DNA of 57,625 nt, filler included, from Sphacelaria rigidula (lineage: Eukaryota), in NCBI GenBank assembly GCA_964200075.2. It is 4 parts of 4 records of this genome, joined end to end, with 100 filler letters (N's around TTAATTAATTAA, not from the genome) between each part and the next. Parts side by side here need not be neighbours in the genome. Positions count along the whole stretch, not along the records: positions 43,299 to 57,625 come from CAXNAA020002311.1; 3 more parts are not named here. One strand, written 5' to 3'. A program made the position numbers and the translations under genes. Shown one piece after another: positions 47,697 through 57,625 of this stretch. The notes under the pieces are model-generated. The model ran no database searches. It worked only from the letters and a program-made list of their open reading frames with translations, and was not told where the DNA came from. Position 1 is the first letter of the stretch. Each line of letters begins with the position of its first letter.

Positions 47697-50600
47697 ATGG
47701 AGCCCACTTGTTTGTTAAGTACGTCCAACAATGCCACTACCGATTTGTCCGTTGTTGCTGGCCCGTCCGTTGTCGATGCCGGCAGCGGCGACGGCGGTGG
47801 TGAGGGACCAGCGTGGCGGGCGCCCCTTGAGGCGCAGACTAGTGGAAGTGTCGTCCGGAACTCTATGATTCTCCTGCCCGTGGAGAACATCGACGTGGGG
47901 AGAAAAAATGCGACGGGTAGTGCGGGAAGACTTTCTAGCGACCCCGTCATGGATTTGCAAGTCGATACAACGGTGGCGAACTCGCCATCGTCGTTGACGA
48001 ACCGTGTTACTGGCGATGTGACTGAAAACGATAGAGTTGAGGATGAAAGCCGACCTCTTGTTCATGAAGAAGATGTCTGCCGAACACAATTGGCTTCGAT
48101 GGAACGAGCTGAGTCTACCATCAAATTAAACGCAGGCATCGATTGCGCAGGCCAGTCGTCGCAAATTGAGCCACCAGTTAGACAAGAGGTGTTCGCCCGA
48201 GCAGGAAACATGGACAACGGTGAACAGGTCGTAGTAGCGGAGGCAGAATGCCCGGATGGTGGAGACATGTCGACTTCGATGCCAGGACTTGCCAAGGACA
48301 CTGCATGTGTTGTTGTGCGGGACGAGGATAATAATTTAAGGCCAGCAGAGACTTTCATGCTGACAGCAGGCACCGAAGACCCAGGCCAATCCATGAGAAC
48401 AGAAGGCACAATTGGCCCGCAAGATGTGCCGCAAGTCCGACAAGATATCGAGAGCAATGCGTTACCCGCTAGCATGGAAGATACCCCCGACTGTGTAGCG
48501 AGTGACAATTATGCTGTCACGCAGGATGCAAGTCCCGTGGTGTTGGCCCCGCCGCTGTCAACAGACTTGGCAGAGCCTACCGCTCTGACAATTGCAGAGG
48601 TTAACAGAACAGTCGACGGAGCGGGCCCGTCTCAACTAGCTGAGGGCGCAGCAGAGCAAGACGACGGGGTAGTCACGAAACTGGAGATTCCATCGAGCAG
48701 AGGCGGGGACATGGGAAACGACGGGCAGTTATTACATTCGATGGAGAATGTGAGCGTGCAGAGCATATTGAGCAATAAAAAACATAACGGCGTTGTCATG
48801 ATGGACGGTGGAGGTGATGTGGGTCGAAGGACATCGTTGGCGGAACCTGTTGGTTCTTCCCGTATTGAGGACCGTGGAAGAGATACTGACAACCTCGATC
48901 AGGAGGAGGGCGTGTTTTTGCCTTCCTTTACCTTCACCGGCGGCAAAGACGGGTACATATACAGGCTGGGAGATCGTGGACTCGGCTTTTACGTGGATGG
49001 CTATGTTGATAAAGCAATACAGAAATCGTGTATCCCCATCCACCGACCCTGGAACGCGGGACCTGGTGACATGGCTGTCAGAAGAGGTCCTCTCGGGCCG
49101 ACGCCCAAGCCGTTCAAAAAACTCAATACGTCCCGAAAGCGCAAGGAGGACCTACACGCAACCGAGGAGTCTGACATGTGAGCTCGCCGCCGTGGCCTTC
49201 TGATGTTCCTGCCAGCTTTTCCTGTCACGCCCATGACCTTATTAATGCCCGAATGATTAAACCGGTATATCGTCAGGGGTCATACTGGTTTCGCTCTACA
49301 TACAAATGTTTGCTTGACTTCAATGGCCTTGCCGTTTTTTTCTTCAGATCCCTTGCCTTCTGATCTGGCTGCGTGTATGCCGTGAACACCAGGCGACCGT
49401 TTATGGCGAGAATGGTGGCGCAGAGAAACTCTAGAGCATTCCAGTCCACTCTCTTGAATCGGGAACACGTGCTTGATGAGCACATTCTCTCGCTGCTGGA
49501 AAAGTTCAACGACCCTACATTTTTCAAGAAAAAACACGGCTATAACGTTCACGGGCAGATGCTGGGGAGAGACGGAAAGATGATCGTCAAGGTATGCGTG
49601 AAGGACCCTTGTTTTCCCACTTACTTCTATTCTTCTCGCGGGTAATCTCGTTCTCGCAAGCAATTATTCAGAATTGCTGAAGGCTGAAGTGTAACGGCGT
49701 TATATCGTCGGGGATTCCTTCCACACTGCTGACCAAAGCACTATCCACTCTGTTTTTACAAACAAACGCTACATCTAGCCTCCTGTGGAAAAGACGGAGG
49801 AGGAAAAAGCGAAGCTGTCCTGGTATCGGAAGGTGTATGAGGATCGGCTGGGGAAACATCTACCCAGCAAGCGCCTTGGAGACAGCATCGAAGCAAGGAG
49901 AGAGGCCTACGCATACTCTCGATATTTCACCGCTGAGTTGACCGACCGACAGAAAGCACTCAACGAGTCACTCGAGCACGCCTTGAAGGTGAGAGAGGGT
50001 TACTGAGACGGTGGGGCCGGGGAGGAAATTCGAATACTTTCGTCTGGGCGTTTCTGAGGTGAACGTGCCGTGCTAAGTACCCTGCTGGAATGCCGGGGGA
50101 CGATAGTGACCGTGTCATGAGTTATTCCAAGAAGACGTCACGATTTCATGACTTCCAGAAGCAACCGGATACACCATTCACCACCCGCTTCCAAGGTTGG
50201 CGTTTCCGTCGCGTTTTGTTGTAGCGCATGCATAACTACGCTGATTTCAAAACGTATTAACCTACTGCTTACACGCGACCAAGGACGATTGACCAAACAG
50301 ATTTCTGAGTTATTTTTTTGCCAGTCAGAGACGGCGTGTCATTTCCCGTCTTTCTGCGCACGCGAGTTCCTCGGTATACAGTTGTTTGCCGTGCCTGTTA
50401 CTGTTCGCCCACAGGGAGTGACAAAACTGGAGTTCGTGACGGAAGACTACCACTATCCCGGAGCCTACGACACGGACGGCAAGGTCATATTGGAAAAGGG
50501 GGCACCAGTGTCGAATGAGCTACACCGAACTGAAGAGCAAAAGGAAAGGGCATGCTCGTGAGTTCATTCGTGGGGTGTTGTTGGGACCGAGATGTGCACT

Positions 50601-53600
50601 AGACCCGATTTCCGACGCCCGATTACATCCGTTTTTTCATGAAAAAGAATACCCTCGGGGGTAACATCCCGTTCTGCAGTGTGCATACGTTAGAGGATGG
50701 CCAGGCACGGAGTACGTTTTTGTCGACACTATCCTGCTACGGTGGCCGCCCGATTGCTGCGTCATTGCGGAACAGATTATTACCCAACGACTGATCTGCA
50801 CCTAGAAACACTTGGACACAATCGTCGTCACCCCGTGCTTTCTCCGCCGATGATCAATCCACATGAGGTGCAACTTAGTTCTAGGATTAGGATAATTTTT
50901 GCATACGTTATTTCGCAAACAAGTGCCGCGGGCGCCTTGCTGATGTCGGAAGGTTTCGCTTCAAGGCCATCCAACGGTACCGTGCAGCACACGAGGATAT
51001 CAAAAACGCCATTTCGAATAAAGACAAGGCGCTACAGAAATTGATAAAGAAAACGGAGCCCGCCATCCTCCAGGAGATTGCCGACGAGGCTGTGGAGAGC
51101 TCTGGAAGGGCACTATACAAGCAGAAGAAACGACCTGAGGCGATCGATCACGGTCCGGAGGCGGGCAATTCCGGCGCAACCACCGGAACACCGACCCAGA
51201 GTCCAGAACAACTCCGAGATAATTTTGCCGAATCACTGAAGGTGCCGGAATCAAAGTGAACACACGAGGTTAGGTACTCCTTGCCGTTGAGATGCTGTTG
51301 GCAGTGTAGCGTTCTTGTCCCGTATCTTCCTGCAATGGTATGTAGCGAGCTGTCAGACCGGGCCCGTGCTCTCAGCTCAATCTGGTGCTATGCAGCCAAA
51401 TCTTCCGATGGTGGTGACAAACAAATTGGCAAAATCTCCTGCATACTGTCTGCAGGTGTATATCCGGGTGGATCGTAACCCTTGCTATTACGTTATTTGC
51501 AATGTGACGCGGAAGTATTGGTTCTACCCTCGGCCCTCCTGCCCTCGCAGGCCCAAATAAAAAGTAAGGATAAGGCTCTCATGAAGGAGGTGGCAGCATT
51601 TGCCGAGCAGGAAGCTGAGCAGGTGCGTTGTCGTCGGGCTGATGTGTGTAGGGGTAACCGTAAATCAATGGTACATGGGCTGTAGAGTCCTCGAGTTCGT
51701 ATGGGTAAGGCACCAAGCATCAAGTTTGTTCGCCTTGCGCAAGTGCCAATGGATATATCTTGCCAAACTACAACATTTTGTCAGCCTCGATCGCATCTTG
51801 GCTCTGATATACGTAGGGAGGTAATAATTTCGTGACGGCGCGTCCTCGTGGTTCGTTTTCGGTGTCTTGTGTAGCTGATTGTCGACTTTGGCCAGGGTGT
51901 GGAGATATATCCTGACAGCTGGCGACAGGACCCTGCCAATCTCAATCGGATGCAGAGGCGCCGGAAAGAACTTATTGCTGAAATCGAAGCGGATCGGCGG
52001 AAAGTCGTTTGCCCTTGGAGGCCTGGCGGTCAGCATATTGCGAGAGGACCTTGGCAACCCTTTCTTCCCCGGGACCGTGGGCCACCTGCACGCTCCGCAT
52101 CCGAAACTCACGCTTCCGCTAGCCGGCAAGATACCGAAAAAATGGACGGCAGTGGTGCTCAAGACAACACAAGAAGGGAGGCGATACGTGGATCCAACGC
52201 CGGTGAGAGTGGGACAAGGCTTGGTCCGAAGACAGATCGAGGCCCTCGACGACCCCACACGGCACCGACGTCCCGAAAGCGGGAGTTCATGGACCGAATA
52301 AGCGCTCGGGCTCGGCGGGTCCTGGCAGCGCAATCACCGGGCACCCCGCTTCACAATGCTTTCTCCACCTACAGCAGTGATCCATACCCGCTGGGAAAAT
52401 CTCAAAGATCCAGCCAAGGTGTAGCGGCGTCGCTAACAGGACGAGCACTGGGTGATTTTTCCCTTCCTGAAAGCCCCAGGGAACAGTCTTGGACCGTTGT
52501 CGGCGAAGGTTCGAAGAACGCCTGGGCCGAGATACCTGGGTCGCTGAGTTCAGCAGATCACTCTATTCCGCGGGCAATGAGGCATCAAAAGGGGGGGCCG
52601 CGACCACACTCTGCCACACCTGAAGGCCCCCGGCGGATTATCGCCTGCAAACGGCGGCCGTCAACAGCTTGTGGACTTCGTCACCCTAGCAATGAGAATG
52701 CCGACAGTGCATGCGGCTCTAACGTGACAAAGGTTACTGAAGACAACACCAGGGCTCCAAGAGAAGCTTCCCTGGAGGAGGTCAAGATAAGTGAGAACAG
52801 AGAGTGCGACGAGTCTCGGTGTATTCGGGTGCGAGGCGGGGCCGGGGTAACGGTGCTGTGTACGCGGCTATGCGGGCCCTCTGACATGGTATACAACAGG
52901 GCAGCCTGGCCATCGAGGCCAGAGGGTCTAACTCCTGCTAGGATGCCTGGACGGAGAGCTCGAAGGGCTCAGAACATGACGAAAGACCCTGCAGTCGCTC
53001 TCATGACACACCCAGACGAACGAGAGCATATACTCGGCGGCGGAGGTGGAGGTGGAACTGGGCTCGTTACAGGCGACGAAGATCAGATAGGATTTGAAAA
53101 TGATCCGGCAGAGGTCGGAGAAGGGACGCCCTCTGCTACTCTTGATGTCTTGGAGAAACGCCTTTCCGCGAGTAGCTGGCGGCGGGTCAAGCAAAGAAGA
53201 AAAGTATTCAGGTAAAACAGTTTCCTGTAAGGAACTACAAATGTGAACCGTGTACAAAAATTCAGCTCCCTCGTTGGCATGGCTTTTACGTACTTTGAGA
53301 GCTAGTCATTCCCACGTGTATCACATTCCTTCTTATTATCCAGGGGCCGATTCCTTCCTTGAAATTTGCGTTCATTATTTTTATTTGGACCGATGCTTGC
53401 CCCCTCTTCAACGTAGCATGAACACTGCCGAAACATGCTCTCCATACGCCCCAATCGCTCCCCCTGTCGTTGCTGTGCTGCATGTGCTTACAGGGGCTAC
53501 TCGGATCGATCGCGAAGAGAGCGCATATGGGATCCTGGCTCTGAGTTCTATGCTGATGGAGCCAGCAAGCATCACGGCTGCACCGGAGGAATCTGCGGAG

Positions 53601-55489
53601 AGGGTGGAGTTGGGAGGGAGGAATCGATGAATTCCGGTGGAAAGGAACGGGCTGTCAGCGAAGGGGGGCAGCCACGGCGACATCGTGGGCGCTGTGTACC
53701 CACCGAAGCAGAGGGCCCGGTGGATATGGATTGGACCAAGGTACGAGGGATCTCGGGTACTTCGGTATGGTGTAAAAGCTCACCGTGTTATGCCTCAAAT
53801 CTCGTCTGCTCATGTCGCCTGTTCCACTCGAAAACCAATGCCTCTCCGCGGTGTGTTCAAGAATCAGCGGCGATCGTTGGCTTGCACGTCTTGAAACCAC
53901 CACCCCTGTGCCCTCGTTGTCCGCTATATATTCAAGGTGGACGCGAAACGTTTATGTGACGCCGCAGAGGATATGAAGACGCAGTTGGAAGGGAAGCTCT
54001 TTGCCGTTGTCGCCAACGACGAAGATGGTGCGCAGCTTGACGAATGCTTTCGAGAAGCCCGAGGGATTCTTGACACTACGGGAGACTTGTTGGGATGGCC
54101 CCATGTCTTGCGTGAAAGGTGCGTGGAGGTATCTCGGTGAAACGCGCCGCTTCATGCCCAGGTCTGAAGGAGCACGTGCCATAGTGATCAAGCTGTCATT
54201 GGCCATGTTTGTCAAAGGAAGCTAGGCTTATGCGAGAGGATGATGACGCGTCGGAGAGAGAGGGACAGTCAGAGAGAGGTAGAGAGAGAGCTGTTTCTTC
54301 TGCGTGTATAAGTATGGGTCCCGTCCGTGCTACACGTGCTGACGTTGTTGAGCATTCTCGCGTCATGTCCCCGTTTTTCGTGGGCACCGAATATCATGTG
54401 TTCTGCGCAGATTTAAGGAAAAGTTCGGCGGGAGGTGCGCAATTGGAAACTACGTCGCGACCGTGTCGAGAGTGAGCCTTCTGTGGACAGCCACATGTGG
54501 CGTGATAGAAATATTGAGTATGATGGAACGCCGAAAGGAGCTGCTGGAGGTGAGCGCTCGTTTTGCACGGACGGTCGAACCTCGAAGAGGTTGAAGACGT
54601 TCTGTTCACATTGATGGATGTGTGAAGGATTCAGCATGGTTTTCACCCACCTTCATGTTTTTTTTCCAACTGTGACCCGCTGGTGTCGCAGGTATTGCCT
54701 GGCCTAGTCTTGTTGACCATTTGCGGTATCCATCGCTATTATGTCCTTGTACTCGTAGACGGAACGATCTCCACCGTCGCTCCGCACACCATTGATACTA
54801 TTTTAGAGAGGCAACCAGAATGCCACTCGCTGAATCACTCAGGACTGTACTTTTCCATTCGCAGTGAAATTCGGCTGGTCGGCGTAACGTTTTTCTGTAT
54901 GTGAACCTTGCAAGCATACCCATCTGTTCGACAGGAGTTCCTACAAGCACTTCCTGCTGGTACAACTGAATCGAGCGTTTTGGCCGTGGGAGCACCAGGA
55001 CGGCGGTGCCCGGGTAGTGTGGAATTGACTGGTGAATCTCGGCAAGATCGAGTGCTGGTGTTCGAAAAACGACTCGAAATCGCAGAATACGCCATCGCCG
55101 TCGCCGAGTCTGTAAAATTGTGGATAGCATATGTGCCCTGGCGCGTTTCTCCATTATGGGACGGCATGAACGTAATCTCCAGGCTTGGAGCTGAGGAAGA
55201 TGCGTTACCGTGGCCCCCAGAACCCGGACCGGATATAGGAATGGGTTTGTCTGCTGCTCCTGCTTCTGTTGAAGCGACACATTGCGCGGATGAAGACACG
55301 CTGGGTCCAATGTCTGAGCCAGGCGTCGGTCGCGGACCTGCGGGTAGTGCAGATAGAAGTGTGTCAGGTTGGGACCACGAGCACGGTTGTTCCCATGCGG
55401 AATATACTGAGTCTGAGAGAAAGGTCGAGGGTGTCGTGTTGCATGACGGCGTCGGCTTGATGGTCGATACGACCGATGGGACGATCTAG
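47697..55489 (+). CDS. Uncharacterised large multi-exon protein (~12 exons; disordered N-terminus, charged helical middle)
   Basis: Phase-compatible GT-AG exon chain: 47697-49177, 49393-49591, 49779-49988, 50415-50557, 50953-51241, 51551-51622, 51896-53211, 53494-53740, 53937-54118, 54411-54471, 54692-54725(?), 54915(?)-55489 (TAG). Supported by the 506-aa, 438-aa and 193-aa ORFs. The last junction is uncertain and no family was recognised. Confidence 0.75.
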
Positions 55490-56600
55490 CCGTTGCCGGA
55501 TCGTCCTTAACCCTATTGGGACCGGACTCTCCACAATGGTATGGTTGTGGCACTTTCCCCCCACAATCGTGCGTTAGTGGCAGATTTCGATTTGTATTGT
55601 TCTCAAGGCAAAATGATGCCGATTCGCCAAAAGGCCCCTACAGCATCATTTTGACTTGAAAACAACACAAATAGACACCTGCCGCTAACACGCTATTGTG
55701 GGGTAGAGGGTCCCAAAAGGGTCAATTCGACAAGAACATTCATCTTTAGAGTCTAAATCAGCACGTCTAAAAGCGTAGCCGATACTTGACCAGTCCCAGT
55801 TTCCCCACTCCATTGCCGTCAACTCTTAACGATTGTTCCGGTAGTGCTTTATGCTCTATATCGCGGTGCTTGGGGCAGCGCAGTCCTTAGCCTGTGCCGA
55901 TTGTTTTTCACGCGTCCTGTGTTGAAAAAAAGGCGCAGTGCGCAGATATAAACTGTACGATAGTACATCTGCACGCGTTTTTTTTCTTTCGTTCCTTGCT
56001 GTTGTTTTCATTGTGTAGATCATTATTCCACACACACATACACACATATATGTACTTTCGGGATGATAGGCCGATACTTGCACACGTAACTTGACGTGCC
56101 ATATCCCCCTGTCGCGGTCCCGGGCGCGAGCAGGGATTGTGTCGTCGATATAACGATAGCCATGATTATGCCGTTCGCCAGCTGACGAGAAAACCCGTTG
56201 TCTCTCGTAAGCGTTGATAACCACGTTGGGTCAGTTAACAATTCGCGATCATCAATTAATCGATCAATCAACTGCATGAGCCAGGCGTTGGCTTTTCGCG
56301 GTATCCTCTGGAAAAAAATCAGCAACTATGCGGGACTGAAATAGTCTTGGTTGCCCTTCCGCTAGATTGAGTCTAGCATTCGATTGAGAGTGAGCTTCTC
56401 AGCTGCTCATTCCTCAGTATTTTCACTTGAACAAGTGGAAATGATGCCGATTCCACGGCCGGACGTTCAGCCCTGAAGGTACCCGTTTGTAGAATCGGTA
56501 TCATTTTCACTTGGAATTACATCGCAACCCAGATTGCGAACCCTTTGACTTCCGAAGAGTTAATCGTTGGATATGTTATCCGAAAGCAAACACAAAAAAA

Positions 56601-57309
56601 CGGACTATTCAATAAAATGAGGTTGTGCGATGAAATGAGGTTCAAGCCCAAAACAGTGCTTTCCCCACACTTTCAGCGATGGTGCACGATGACTTTTTTG
56701 TCGGTCTAATGCTCCTCGATCGCGTAGATACTTTTTCAGCGCAATTCACCGATTCTGCGAGCTTACAGCGCTGACCGAAACCGTCATTTTCCCTGATTTT
56801 TTAGAGAGTGATATCAGGGGAAACGACGGTTAACAACGTTTTCGTGAAATTGAGAGTTGAAGGTACGACTGAGAGTGAAAAGCGGTCAAGTAGTGAATAA
56901 GCCCTTTCAGTTCCGAAATGCACCTCCACCAGGCCCAATATTCTCTCTGTAGTGACTTGTCACTGAGGCCCTCGATACCCGTGAGTAGGATATCGACGTG
57001 TAGCTGTAAGCACATGGTAGTGATGAGACGACGAAAAGCACACGGAATGAAAAATTAGCCAAGTTTAGGCGAAAGATCAAAGCCACTCTCAATCCGCACC
57101 CAACTCTCAATCTCACGAAAACCTTGTTGGTTTCGGTCAGCGCTGTAAGCTCGCAGAGTCGGTAACTTGTGCTGAAAAAGTATCTACGCGATCGAGGAGT
57201 ATTAAACCGACAAAAAGGTCATGTGCACCATCGCTGAAAATGTGGGGAAAGCACTGTTTTGGGCTTGAACCTCATTTCATCGTACAACCTCATTTTATAG
57301 AATTGTCTG
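56601..57309. mobile_element. Non-autonomous foldback/MULE-like element (~710 bp) with ~180-bp highly similar TIRs
   Basis: 56601-56782 (ataaaatgaggttgtgcgatgaaatgaggttcaagcccaaaacagtgctttcccca...gcttacagcgctgaccgaaacc) is the reverse complement of 57129-57309. The internal segment 56961-57129 also occurs at 38357-38527. No clear TSD. Confidence 0.85.
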
Positions 57310-57373
57310 TTCAAATATGACTATTGAAATCGCGATGGGTTAGGATCTCAGACTACATTCGTAGGGACTGATC

Positions 57374-57625
57374 GCCGCGCGGTGGCTCAGTTGGTAGCCT
57401 CGAAACCTTGTGGCAGTTGGGAAGTGGGTTCGAATCTAAATGAAGTCACATGAACTGGCATTTTTGCTCACATCATGCCCAACGGTGAAGAGCGACCCTA
57501 TCTTGGGTACAAACAAAACAACTTTACGGTCGACGAGGGAAAGGGACCGCTGAAAACAGCCGATTATCTATCTTGAGGATGGTGCTTTTCATTGAGGATG
57601 AGAACCCGGAGGATTAAAATCTTCG
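57374..57625 (+). mobile_element. tRNA-derived SINE, 5' head (runs off the window end)
   Basis: Pol III A box TGGCTCAGTTGG at 57383-57394 and B box GGTTCGAATC at 57427-57436; no acceptor-stem pairing, so not a tRNA. The 3' extent is assumed. Confidence 0.65.

Noticed and set aside
57374-57445. tRNA gene
   Set aside because: A and B boxes are present, but there is no acceptor-stem pairing or proper anticodon arm; better explained as a SINE head. Similar isolated B boxes lie near 44360 and on the minus strand near 2385.

Overview
Eukaryotic, intron-rich, repeat-rich DNA. Gene style, RTE-type LINE remnants, Pmp/adhesin-like repeat exons and recurrent intronic repeats point to a brown alga (Phaeophyceae); the taxon is inferred. 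The window is not one locus. It is four pieces joined by identical 100-bp spacers (N44-TTAATTAATTAA-N44) at 14336-14435, 28770-28869 and 43199-43298, with lengths 14335, 14334, 14329 and 14327 bp, i.e. size-sorted unplaced scaffolds, so neighbourhood across spacers means nothing. Piece A (1-14335): one exon of an HRD1/gp78/RIN2-like ERAD E3 ligase (minus strand), decayed non-LTR retrotransposons, MITEs and the 5' exons of an SVOP-like MFS transporter. Piece B (14436-28769): ten in-phase exons of a PARP3-like ADP-ribosyltransferase (WGR, helical regulatory and catalytic domains) with an unexpected upstream WWE-like exon and a (GK)n tract; its introns hold a foldback Harbinger-type MITE, a deleted mariner and other repeats. 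Piece C (28870-43198): mostly repeats, plus four 78-81 nt symmetric phase-1 exons (minus strand), each encoding one GGA(I/V)...FxxN Pmp-like beta-helix repeat and each sitting in a duplicated exon+intron cassette. Piece D (43299-57625): a head-to-head pair of an SRFR1/TTC13-like TPR gene (minus) and a ~12-exon uncharacterised gene (plus), then a long-TIR foldback element and a tRNA-derived SINE head. All exon boundaries were read by hand from GT/AG signals and frame continuity; no database searches were run.
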